From the NCBI RefSeq assembly GCF_003231495.1, contig NZ_PQWO01000004.1, positions 90,001 to 122,000 of the forward strand: 32,000 nt of DNA, in the 5' to 3' direction. The notes beneath the pieces are model-generated. The model was given only the letters and a program-made list of their open reading frames with translations, was not told the origin of the DNA and did not search any database. Origin of the DNA: Acaryochloris thomasi RCC1774. Its GTDB lineage: Bacteria > Cyanobacteriota > Cyanobacteriia > Thermosynechococcales > Thermosynechococcaceae. The position numbers and the translations under genes were made by a program. Shown here piece by piece: positions 1 through 8,294 of this stretch (the first letter of the stretch is position 1; every line of letters starts with the position of its first letter).

Positions 1-124
1 AGTGAACCTTGTCGAATGCGACAACCAAAATCAACCTTTGCTTCGTCAGGCTAATGATTAAGAGGCTTGCAGACTCTGCTTAAGATCTCAAATGGGTTCT
101 ATATTGAACTTTGTATATAATCTC

Positions 125-304
125 TCATTTTTTGTGAGCTTTCCAGGTGCCGCCATAGACGTAGTGCGGGTTGTTCTGCCGCACAATTGACCAGCAGAGA
201 TCGCAAACAAACTGCCACTGCCCTGACTCATCGAACTGCACACGATAAAGGGTGTTCGCGGATTTGCAGCAGCGATCGCAATCTTTCTCACGCTTCCGAC
301 CCAT
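125..304 (-). CDS. small hypothetical protein (59 aa) with two CxxC pairs, zinc-ribbon-like
   Basis: Hand translation of the minus strand, ATG 304..302 to TGA 127..125, gives MGRKREKDCDRCCKSANTLYRVQFDESGQWQFVCDLCWSIVRQNNPHYVYGGTWKAHKK. It is below the 60-aa cutoff of the supplied track. The CDRC...CDLC arrangement resembles a zinc ribbon, and the composition is more protein-like than the overlapping track ORF 88..291. Confidence 0.45.
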   Translation of the reverse strand: MGRKREKDCDRCCKSANTLYRVQFDESGQWQFVCDLCWSIVRQNNPHYVYGGTWKAHKK

Positions 305-356
305 CTATGTATACGCCCCTATATACATAGATGCTACATCTAACCTTGCGTGCCCC

Positions 357-923
357 TTACCGTGCAAACTCTTCTTGGAGAAGCTCTTTACCCTGATAAA
401 TTGCGATTGATTTTGGCGTGACCCAATACTCATAGCCATTTTCTTTAATGTAGTAGCCGCTATCCGACAGTAAAGCGGGTAGCTCGGCCTCAGAGCCAGA
501 AGGCAGATAGGTGCCGTGATACCGATAGCTACCGTTATCATCGCAAACGGTCACTTCATAGGACTCTGTATTGAGTGTCAAAAGGCTCTCCTGCTCGCCT
601 GTACACTTACTTTTAGGTTCACTGGCTGCATCCGCCTGAGGTGGAGGTGAAGGGGCCGCATCAGAGCCGTCAGCCGCCGTTCCGATGGCTGTAGAGCCGG
701 GTGCATTAGATTGAGGTGCAGACTGCTGTTTCGTAAGAGCAGGGCTGGGAGAGGCGGTGGTCACCGGTTGATTGCCGGAGTTGAGGGAGTCAAAATTGAC
801 CTTGCCGCTGGGGGTGTAGGGCACATCTTCATAGGGCGGTTTGGCCGTGCAGCCCGATAGAATCAGATACGCGACTGTACCGCAGCAGCCTGCTTGCAAT
901 ACTTTATACAGCGTTAAAAACAT
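357..923 (-). CDS. putative secreted lipoprotein, function unknown
   Basis: 188-aa ORF. The N-terminal hydrophobic segment ends in the lipobox-like LSGC. A low-complexity Ser/Pro/Ala-rich linker and a C-terminal globular part follow. Confidence 0.6.
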   Translation of the reverse strand: MFLTLYKVLQAGCCGTVAYLILSGCTAKPPYEDVPYTPSGKVNFDSLNSGNQPVTTASPSPALTKQQSAPQSNAPGSTAIGTAADGSDAAPSPPPQADAASEPKSKCTGEQESLLTLNTESYEVTVCDDNGSYRYHGTYLPSGSEAELPALLSDSGYYIKENGYEYWVTPKSIAIYQGKELLQEEFAR

Positions 924-993
924 CTTGTGATCAGGAATTTATTGTTAGTGTGCCCTGCAGCACCCTTTCACCTGACCTTCACCGCCCTCAAAA

Positions 994-1809
994 TCACAGA
1001 TCAAGAGAGACAAACCAGTCGATCATTCGCCGCGCAATACTGGCCTTAGACGGGATATCCGGTAGATTGCGCTTTGTGAACCAAGCCGCGTCCGCGATCT
1101 CGGCGGGTTCCGGCGTAATTTCACCGCTGACGTAGGTGGCCGTAAATCCAATCATGAGAGAGTTCGGGAACGGCCAAGGCTGCGACCCAAAGTAGCGAAT
1201 ATCCTTGATCTCAATGCCGACTTCTTCTCGTACTTCTCGAATCACCGTTTCCTCCAGCGACTCACCGGGTTCAACAAAGCCCGCCAGAATGCTGTAACGA
1301 CCGGCAGGGAATCGATGGGCACGGGCTAACAGTAAGGCCGGACCCCGAGCAATCAGCATAATCACCGCCGGAGACAGCCGAGGATAGAAGACTAGACTGC
1401 ACTTGGGGCAGCGTTTAGTGCGTTCGTGGGGTTGTTGAGTTGTTGGCGTTGCGCAGTGGCCGCAGTACTGATGGGTGCGGTCCCATTCTATGATTTGGTA
1501 GGCTCTGCCTGCGATCGCAAACGCTTCATCGCTCAACACCCCATAAAGTCGCCGTAGCCCCTCCACCTTCATCCCCTCAGGTAGCTTACCTTCAAGCGCT
1601 AGTTCAGCAGAGTAGCAGGGCCGTCCGTCCAGTTCTCCTAAAAACTGAGTGCGAACCGGCGTTAACTCTGGTAATGCTGAACCAGTGGGCAAAACAACGG
1701 ACTCACCCTGCGTTTGCAGCAGTAGCTCGCGTCCCATAAAAGCAAACCACAGAGCTGATTCTGAACGGTCTTGAGGCGATTCAACGCCGGGAACAAACGT
1801 TGATGGCAT
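994..1809 (-). CDS. nudC: NADH pyrophosphatase, Nudix hydrolase with zinc ribbon
   Basis: Nudix box GFVEPGESLEETVIREVREEVG, preceded by CGHC...CPKC zinc-ribbon cysteines. I prefer the start at ATG 1809..1807, which overlaps the upstream TGA (TGATG coupling), over the longer track ORF ending at 1869. Confidence 0.85.
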   Translation of the reverse strand: MPSTFVPGVESPQDRSESALWFAFMGRELLLQTQGESVVLPTGSALPELTPVRTQFLGELDGRPCYSAELALEGKLPEGMKVEGLRRLYGVLSDEAFAIAGRAYQIIEWDRTHQYCGHCATPTTQQPHERTKRCPKCSLVFYPRLSPAVIMLIARGPALLLARAHRFPAGRYSILAGFVEPGESLEETVIREVREEVGIEIKDIRYFGSQPWPFPNSLMIGFTATYVSGEITPEPAEIADAAWFTKRNLPDIPSKASIARRMIDWFVSLDL

Positions 1810-2231
1810 CACCGCTGGATTAATCGGGCCTGCTGGATCCACTGTGTTACCTCTCCCACCGTCGGACATAGCTCTCTTTTCTGTAGAAGAGCCACCTGCA
1901 AGCGCAGCAAATTTTTATGGAGCCTAGAGGCTGGCATCTGTGCGAGCTGCGCACAGGAGCTAACGCCCGCATGCAGCAGCAAGCCACAATACTGCATCCC
2001 AACACCTGGAACCTGAGCGAGTTCAGCCAGAACAACCCACTTCGCTAACCGTTGGGGGTGAACCTGGAGCGTTGCCGCAAGCTGTTGTTTAGGTGTTGAG
2101 CGAGCTGCAGCCAGCAAATCACCCGTACTGGAAATACCGTGCTGCTTGAGAGCTGTCAGATCTGGTTTATCAAGACCCGGCAATTGCTCAATCGGCCAGC
2201 TCGCGCGCCGTCGCGTTGGGGGAGATGCCAT
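1809..2231 (-). CDS. DUF4332-like helix-hairpin-helix protein
   Basis: 140-aa ORF with LPGLDKPDLTALKQHGISSTGDLL and VPGVGMQYCGLLLHAGVSSCAQLA repeats, typical of DUF4332-type HhH proteins. Family assignment is from memory of the motif. Confidence 0.6.
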   Translation of the reverse strand: MASPPTRRRASWPIEQLPGLDKPDLTALKQHGISSTGDLLAAARSTPKQQLAATLQVHPQRLAKWVVLAELAQVPGVGMQYCGLLLHAGVSSCAQLAQMPASRLHKNLLRLQVALLQKRELCPTVGEVTQWIQQARLIQR

Positions 2232-2241
2232 CCGTTAACCG

Positions 2242-3216
2242 TCACAACTGATCTGCACTATACCCTTTATCCTCTAAGAGCTGGAGAACGTTGTTGTCTC
2301 CCACCAAATGTCCTGCCCCGACGACAACAAGATAATCCTCTTCTTTCTCGAGCAGCGGCACCAGTGTTTGCAGCCAGTTCTGATTGCGATCATCAAAAAG
2401 CTTTGTTCGCATCTCGGGGTATTGCTCAAAACTCTCGAAGAGCAGATCTTCGATTGTGGCTAAATCACCCACCTTCCAGGCCTGCACTATATCGGTAATG
2501 GAATTACCCAGCGTATCGAGTTCCAAAAGCGTCTGCTGCACATAGTCATCCTGGTTGGATGGGTTGAGAGCATCAAATACGCTAATCTGATCTGCAATTG
2601 TCTCCAGTGCTGAAATCTCTTTCCCATCCTTTACTGCCCGATCATAGTAGTGACGGTCAACGCCATATTGGGCCTGGAACCCAAGCTGATTCAGCTTTGT
2701 CGCGAGTAGAGAAAGCGAGAAAAACCAGGGTTCAAACTGCGCCATTGCCTGAATGGGCAAACCCGCCTCTGCAGCCTTTTGCTCAGCAAGTTGATAGGTT
2801 TCAGGACTCAGCACTGTCTGCAGCGTTTCACCATTGCTCAGAGTCGCTTTCTTAAGCATCAGCTGCTGGACTTCCGGTGACTGGGCCTCGTTGAGATCGA
2901 CCTCAAAAACCAACCTTTCTGCGTCTTGATAGGCCGTTTCCAGGGCCGCAGGTAGCGGATAGTCTTTCTCCTGCAGCAGGTGAACGGACCCAAGTAAATA
3001 CAGCGTATTTTGAGGAGACTCAATAGACCAGAGGAACACCTTACCGGTTTGTAATTCACCCGTACTTTGCCCTTGCGCTTCAGTTTGAGACTGCTCTGCA
3101 TCGGTTTGGGCGAGCTTCTCCGTACAGGCGGCTGTGGTTAGCAGCACCGCAGCCATCACAGCCACCTTTGTGAACTGGCCCAGAGCAATAGGTATAAAGC
3201 GATCGTAAGTTTTCAT
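2242..3216 (-). CDS. TraB/GumN family protein, probable lipoprotein
   Basis: 324-aa ORF with signal peptide and lipobox (LTTAAC). The LWSIESPQNTLYLLGSVHLL motif and C-terminal VVVGAGHLVG are characteristic of TraB/GumN. Confidence 0.7.
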   Translation of the reverse strand: MKTYDRFIPIALGQFTKVAVMAAVLLTTAACTEKLAQTDAEQSQTEAQGQSTGELQTGKVFLWSIESPQNTLYLLGSVHLLQEKDYPLPAALETAYQDAERLVFEVDLNEAQSPEVQQLMLKKATLSNGETLQTVLSPETYQLAEQKAAEAGLPIQAMAQFEPWFFSLSLLATKLNQLGFQAQYGVDRHYYDRAVKDGKEISALETIADQISVFDALNPSNQDDYVQQTLLELDTLGNSITDIVQAWKVGDLATIEDLLFESFEQYPEMRTKLFDDRNQNWLQTLVPLLEKEEDYLVVVGAGHLVGDNNVLQLLEDKGYSADQL

Positions 3217-3265
3217 CAGCTAGGTGTTAAGGAATGGGCTGTAGTGTTGTGGTGCTCTGCACCGA

Positions 3266-4060
3266 CTATCTTTGTGACTGGAGTGATTGTTCAGCCGCTT
3301 CAGTCAACGTCGTCCAAGAAGACTCTGAGGTGGGCGTTGTTCCAGCAATCCCTGCGTTCAGCGTTAGGTTGCGATGGGATATTGCATCACTCTTCGCTAA
3401 ATTTTCCAGCACCTTTTTCTGAATGGTGCCTGCAAGCTGGGCTGCTGCAGCCTGGGGTGTATTGGGAAGCAAGAGTGCAAAGGTGTTGTCTTGATAGCGA
3501 GCTACGAGGTCGGCAGAACGTCTCGCCTTGGACTTAATAATGGCCGCAATTTGGCGCAGGCAGGTATCCGTCTCTTCATCTCCTTCGCCAACTTCATTAA
3601 GCATCAGTCCATGAACCTGAAATAAGATCACTGAGAGGGAATTTTTGTCTCGCTGACCTCTGAGCCACTCTTGCTCTAATAAGGCGTCAAATCGCGCCCG
3701 ATTCGCAATCTGAGTCACGGTATCCGCCGTCACGAAGCGCTCAAAGAGACTATAGAGTTCTGATTGTCTTAGGGGTGCCGATAGCCTTGACGTTAGCTGC
3801 TTTAGCAACTGCAGTTGGGGTGTTTCTGACAACGTATCGATAGAAACTGGCTTCAATAAAGCTAAACTGGCTCGCCAACGATCTGGGTCGTCAGCATAGC
3901 GTTCGACTTCATCTACTCGACAGCGCAGACACAAGACAACTTCATCGCCAGCATCTAAGGGACCATCGCCTGTGATCACCCCTTCAATATCATTTAAGGG
4001 CGCATCAAAAGAAAATTCTTCTTCCCAGTTGATCTTTGTGTAGTCAAGGACTCGTGGCAT
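3266..4060 (-). CDS. GGDEF-domain protein with degenerate active site
   Basis: The C-terminal half aligns to the diguanylate cyclase pattern (TQIANRARFDALLEQEW...LSVILFQV...CLRQIA...ADLVARYQDNTFALLLPNT). The GG[DE]EF signature is replaced by QDNTF. Confidence 0.7.
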   Translation of the reverse strand: MPRVLDYTKINWEEEFSFDAPLNDIEGVITGDGPLDAGDEVVLCLRCRVDEVERYADDPDRWRASLALLKPVSIDTLSETPQLQLLKQLTSRLSAPLRQSELYSLFERFVTADTVTQIANRARFDALLEQEWLRGQRDKNSLSVILFQVHGLMLNEVGEGDEETDTCLRQIAAIIKSKARRSADLVARYQDNTFALLLPNTPQAAAAQLAGTIQKKVLENLAKSDAISHRNLTLNAGIAGTTPTSESSWTTLTEAAEQSLQSQR

Positions 4061-4384
4061 CTGTTCTATCTCAATCCGTTAAGGCTAGTTTAGTGCAGAA
4101 TATTTTCCAGCGAATAACAACGTAATTAAAGGACAAGCGACGCGTCATCTTTTGAGCGGGGAGAGGTCGGACAGGGGCTATTTATGGGCGTTAATCTTTT
4201 CGGTTGGTGCAGACCGATTAATATCTGTTAATGATGGGTGGCTGTTCTTGTGCTTGCGATGAGCTGATATCGGTCTTCGACTATCGCATCTTCCAAATAG
4301 TCAAACAACACGATCCCCGCAACCATTCTGTATGATGGCATTAGGAAAGTTGCTATCAATTCCAGTGTTCGCTTAGCCCAAAGT

Positions 4385-5236
4385 ATGCACCAGCAAATGA
4401 CAGTTCGGTTTTGGGGGGTACGCGGGAGCATCCCATGCCCAGGGCCTCATACTGTCCGCTATGGCGGCAACACTCCCTGTGTCGAAATCCAGGTCGGTGG
4501 CTCTCGGTTTATTTTTGATGGCGGTACAGGGCTACGGGTTTTGGGAGAAAGCCTACTTGAGCAAATGCCTATTGAAGCCCATCTGTTTTTTACCCATACC
4601 CACTGGGATCATATTCAAGGCTTTCCGTTTTTTAGCCCGGCTTTTATTAAGGGCAACTGTTTTCATATTTATGGGACTTTAGGCCCCAACCATCAGACCA
4701 TTGAGAAGCGCTTGACCGCCCAAATGCTGCACCCTAATTTTCCGGTGCCGCTGCAGGTGATGGCCGGGAACCTTAAGTTTCATAATCTAGCGGTGGGAGA
4801 GTCACGAGAGATTGATGAAGTCACCATTAGTAATGCATCGCTCAACCATCCGGGGGAATCTGTTGGGTATCGGATTGACTGGCAGGGGCTGACGGTCAGC
4901 TACTTGACTGATACAGAGCATCACTCAGGACAGATCGATCCCAATGTTCTAAAGTTGGCAGATCAAGCAGATATTCTGATCTACGACTGCACCTATACGG
5001 ATGAGGAGTATCACGAACCTGGCAACGATAAAATCGGCTGGGGACATTCAACCTGGCAAGAGGCGGTCAAGATCGCAAAGGCTGTCAACGCTAAACAGCT
5101 CATCCTGTTTCATCATGATCCGACGCATGATGATAACTTTTTGGATGACATCAGTCAAAAGGTCCAGCAAGCTTTTCCCAATAGCGTTATGGCTCAGGAG
5201 TCGCTGGTCCTGACCCTGGAGCCAGTGCTTATTTGA
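4385..5236 (+). CDS. MBL-fold metallo-hydrolase
   Basis: 283-aa ORF with the HTHWDH zinc-binding motif, later conserved D/H residues and C-terminal LILFHHDP. The start could instead be the second Met at 4397. Confidence 0.85.
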   Translation: MHQQMTVRFWGVRGSIPCPGPHTVRYGGNTPCVEIQVGGSRFIFDGGTGLRVLGESLLEQMPIEAHLFFTHTHWDHIQGFPFFSPAFIKGNCFHIYGTLGPNHQTIEKRLTAQMLHPNFPVPLQVMAGNLKFHNLAVGESREIDEVTISNASLNHPGESVGYRIDWQGLTVSYLTDTEHHSGQIDPNVLKLADQADILIYDCTYTDEEYHEPGNDKIGWGHSTWQEAVKIAKAVNAKQLILFHHDPTHDDNFLDDISQKVQQAFPNSVMAQESLVLTLEPVLI

Positions 5237-5283
5237 TGGGGGCGTTCTGTGTCTGCTATTGCCGCGCTCGGTCTTTGGAGCCG

Positions 5284-5697
5284 TCAGTAGTCAACTTTCC
5301 CTCTTAGCGCTTTTAGCCGCCCACGTTTAGTTTTGCTCTCCATTCGTCTTTTTTGAGATCCTTTTGTAGGCTTTGTCGGTCTGCGTTTTTTGCGGGGGAT
5401 GGCGACGCTCTTGACCAAGGTCTGGAGACGATTTAGGGCTGCTTCTCGATTCTGCTCTTGACTACGATGCTGCTGCGATTTGATAACGATAATCCCATCT
5501 TTAGAAATCCGCTGATCGTTCAGCTTCAGCAAGCTCTCTTTATAAAAGTGGGGGAGTGACGAGGCTTGGATGTCAAAGCGTAGATGAATCGCTGTTGCTA
5601 CCTTATTTACGTTTTGCCCACCTGCACCTTGAGACCGAATGGCCTGTAGCTCAATTTCAGAGCTAGGGATGGATACGTGTTTGGAGATGGGCAGCAT
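5284..5697 (-). CDS. arfB: alternative ribosome rescue factor ArfB (GGQ peptidyl-tRNA hydrolase)
   Basis: 137-aa ORF with the [13 protein letters not shown] motif and a highly basic C-terminal tail (RKKRRPTKPTKGSQKRRMESKTKRGR), typical of ArfB/YaeJ. Confidence 0.9.
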   Translation of the reverse strand: MLPISKHVSIPSSEIELQAIRSQGAGGQNVNKVATAIHLRFDIQASSLPHFYKESLLKLNDQRISKDGIIVIKSQQHRSQEQNREAALNRLQTLVKSVAIPRKKRRPTKPTKGSQKRRMESKTKRGRLKALRGKVDY

Positions 5698-5891
5698 GAC
5701 TGGAAAATTGAAGTGAGTAGTATTGTGAGTGTAGCAATGAGGCTAAGCAACGCATTCACTTGGCTGCGGAATTATCTATTGTGTGTAGTAAATTCATTCG
5801 CCGGTGTTTAGATTGAAAAATGCAAGCGATAAGTGTATGACTTGAACATCAGGTGCACTTGCGAGTTAGATGATGCTTTGTACCTATCAAC

Positions 5892-6104
5892 TTATATATC
5901 ACTAGGCTCAAGTCCAGTTTTTTTAGAAATACGTGACAGCACACGAGGGCCAATTTCTTCTCTGTCATGGAAGGCAAAGACAAAATCCGGCCAGTCGTCA
6001 CGGGCAAGAATACGGTGAGAACCAGATTGGCGTTTAACGGTCCAGCCAATTTTGAGCAGTGCTGCCAAAACTCGTTTGGATTTAGTGCTTCCCCACTGGC
6101 TCAT
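5892..6104 (-). CDS. hicA: type II toxin HicA (mRNA interferase)
   Basis: 70-aa ORF. KRVLAALLKIGWTVKRQSGSHRIL...HDREEIGPRVLSRISKKTGL matches the HicA pattern, including the GSH catalytic His. It overlaps hicB by ATGA (6101..6104). Confidence 0.85.
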   Translation of the reverse strand: MSQWGSTKSKRVLAALLKIGWTVKRQSGSHRILARDDWPDFVFAFHDREEIGPRVLSRISKKTGLEPSDI

Positions 6105-6319
6105 GCAGCATTAAACGTAACGCTTACCAATTCAGGCTGAGTCTCACCACTCTCAATGCGTTCGGCAAGCACACGCAAGGCCAAGGCTTGGACTTTAGCT
6201 CTAGCTTCCTCTGGAGTTTGACCATAAAGCATTACCCCAGATAGTTCTGGGATCTCTGCAATCCAGCGCCCATCTTCTTCTTGCTCAATTTCAATATCAA
6301 AAATCATGGCTACGGCCAC
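6101..6319 (-). CDS. hicB: type II antitoxin HicB-like (short form, no obvious DNA-binding domain)
   Basis: 72-aa ORF. FDIEIEQEEDGRWIAEIPELSGVMLYGQTPEEARAKV matches the HicB N-terminal fold pattern. It is translationally coupled to hicA. Confidence 0.8.
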   Translation of the reverse strand: MAVAMIFDIEIEQEEDGRWIAEIPELSGVMLYGQTPEEARAKVQALALRVLAERIESGETQPELVSVTFNAA

Positions 6320-6719
6320 TGTATAACTATGACCATAGTAGCAAGTGCAGCTCTCGCAAGACCTGACAGTGGCTAGTCTGGGGTGCGAGTATTAATTTTT
6401 AACAGCATAGACAGTAGAATGTTTCGAGCCTTCTCTGCACTGGCTTGTTATACCAATTCTCTACAGATATGAACTGTTTCATTTTTAAGATCGACCAGCC
6501 CATAAGGATTCTGAGCTTTCATTTAGGTCATTTCCCTGGGTAATTGGTATTAGGGCCCAACGAGAGGACGACTTCAGTTTAGGTTCGTAAATAACGGCCA
6601 ACCATCAGGGGCGTGAGCACTAATCTAAAGTGCTCAACTAGCAGGGGGATTCGAACGTCCCGCTGCATTGTTTGGTTAGATAATAAAATAAAATCTGAAT
6701 TTAGGATAATAAGCAATTT

Positions 6720-8294
6720 TTATTGAGAAAAAGGGTTGTTTTTGGCCCAACGAGAAACAGCCAACTCAAGCACATCTAATTGCGGCTCAATCGATCTATA
6801 CCAATGCTTTCTTGCATCCGAGGGCATACAGCTTGCAGCTGCGAGGACCGCTCTACGTTGCCAGTGGGGGTGTTCAAAAAGAGTCCGCCACTGCGATTGA
6901 AACCAATGTCTTTGCTGAGATCGACCGATTGCTAGGATCAGTTTGCGCTTACATGCCTGATCACGTTCTCGATTGTAGATATTGACAAACTGATCTTCAT
7001 TATCCCACTCACGAGAACTCGTGAAAACCTGCATGATCCACATACGATGGTAAGCTAGCTCACTTACTATTGAATCTTCAAGTAAATCCAATATTCTTGA
7101 ACCCAGCATTGATCTTTCATCAACATTTAGAAATCTCAAGTTAGTAAAGTATGAAATTATATCGACAAAAGCGGGGATTAAAGATTCTAAATTGTCAAAA
7201 ATGTCTTCAATTATACCGTCATCTCCTAGCTGCCCTAAACGTCTAAGACAAAATTTGATTACAGGTAAATCGGGCACTTCAGAATCAGCCTCTTCTTGAA
7301 AAAGTTCTACAAGATTGAGGGCATCAACAATTTCTTTCTGTTCTAATGTTAGATCATCATATTCAATCTCTTCATAAGGATTTTCTAGTCCCAATTCTTC
7401 TATCAAGTTTTGAAAACGCTCATGAAGCGAATCCATCTCTCTATCTAACGGAGTAGCTAAGAATTGTTGGCGAAAATCCAGTGCAGGAAGTATAGCTGTT
7501 TTGTTGGGCTGGAGAGAAAGGCCATGATTTCGAAATAATGTTTCAGCTAAAAATGCTATTTGTTGATACGCCAACGTCTCACTAGAGGCAAATATTCGAT
7601 AGTCATCGTTGAATCGAATAAAATCAACGCCATTGGCTAAGAGCGCTTCGTCAACGTCGGAAAGAGCTGTCTCTGCCAATATTCTTGATGGGGCACTACC
7701 AACTGGAATACCGAAAGTTTCCGTTCCATTCCAACCGGACATTAGGCTCATTAGCCCTTTAACATGATTTGATTTTGTGGTCGCAGCACGTAATCCATTT
7801 TCGAGTCGATGATGGTAAATACGAGAGTAGAAATCTGATATGTCAGTGGTCGCAACGACACCAGTATCTCCATTAGATAAGAGTTTTGAGCGACACTTTT
7901 CCAGAAATTGTCTATATCCAATATCTGGCTCAAAAAGCTGACCTTCTCTCGTTGTCGCCACCCGATAGGAAAACACTCTTTCGTCCTGGGATGATATGCG
8001 TCGATCTTCCAAGTCATCTGCAATTTCATAAATTAGTGCAGAATAAACCAAAAAATCTAATGGATCAAGCTGTGTAATTACACGAAATCCATATTTCGCT
8101 TTTGGAGATAATAGAGTACGTGCTGGACGTGTACACCATTCTAATACATTTATATCTTTGAGCTTGTCGAGTACATTATCCCAATCATAAGAAATTGCTT
8201 GATATTCAAAAGGTGCTGGAAATACGTCTGTATCTCCAAATTCTAAAGCATGAGCTATTGCCCAATTCCAGCTTCGTTCTTGTAATTTAAGCAA
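6720..8294 (-). CDS. Abi/UG-type (defence-associated) reverse transcriptase with helical-repeat C-terminal domain
   Basis: 524-aa ORF with a TTG start at 8294.
RT motifs read in the translation:
- KYGFRVITQLDPLDFLVYSAL (motifs 1/2)
- VATTDISDFYSRIYHH (motif A)
- FGIPVGSAPSRILAETALSDVDEAL (motif B)
- FIRFNDDYRIFA (motif C, YxDD variant FNDD)
- HGLSLQPNKT (motif D)
The N-terminal AIAHALEFGDTDVFPAPFE is typical of bacterial non-LTR, non-intron RTs. About 220 C-terminal residues look alpha-helical-repeat-like. There is no maturase/endonuclease X domain and no retron VTG signature. Confidence 0.85.
   Translation of the reverse strand: MLKLQERSWNWAIAHALEFGDTDVFPAPFEYQAISYDWDNVLDKLKDINVLEWCTRPARTLLSPKAKYGFRVITQLDPLDFLVYSALIYEIADDLEDRRISSQDERVFSYRVATTREGQLFEPDIGYRQFLEKCRSKLLSNGDTGVVATTDISDFYSRIYHHRLENGLRAATTKSNHVKGLMSLMSGWNGTETFGIPVGSAPSRILAETALSDVDEALLANGVDFIRFNDDYRIFASSETLAYQQIAFLAETLFRNHGLSLQPNKTAILPALDFRQQFLATPLDREMDSLHERFQNLIEELGLENPYEEIEYDDLTLEQKEIVDALNLVELFQEEADSEVPDLPVIKFCLRRLGQLGDDGIIEDIFDNLESLIPAFVDIISYFTNLRFLNVDERSMLGSRILDLLEDSIVSELAYHRMWIMQVFTSSREWDNEDQFVNIYNRERDQACKRKLILAIGRSQQRHWFQSQWRTLFEHPHWQRRAVLAAASCMPSDARKHWYRSIEPQLDVLELAVSRWAKNNPFSQ

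Noticed and set aside
1-124. Possible 3' end of a plus-strand gene entering from the left edge
   Set aside because: Only about 17 codons before a stop in one frame. This is too short to support any call.
88-291. Track ORF of 67 aa on the minus strand
   Set aside because: Its translation is low-complexity and non-protein-like. A different minus-strand frame (125..304) gives a cleaner 59-aa CxxC protein with an ATG start, so I call that one instead.
6641-6666. Possible tRNA gene or tRNA 3' fragment (GTTCGAATC on the minus strand)
   Set aside because: The flanking bases cannot form a 5-bp T-stem in the tRNA register. No acceptor, D or anticodon arms are recognisable nearby. It is reported only as a tRNA-like motif within a hairpin.
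6554-6755. 12-nt direct repeat GGCCCAACGAGA (6554-6565 and 6744-6755) as possible att or duplication scar
   Set aside because: Identity does not extend beyond 12 nt. One copy is inside the RT coding sequence (encodes SRWA). A 12-mer coincidence within 200 nt is not negligible given how many comparisons I made by eye.
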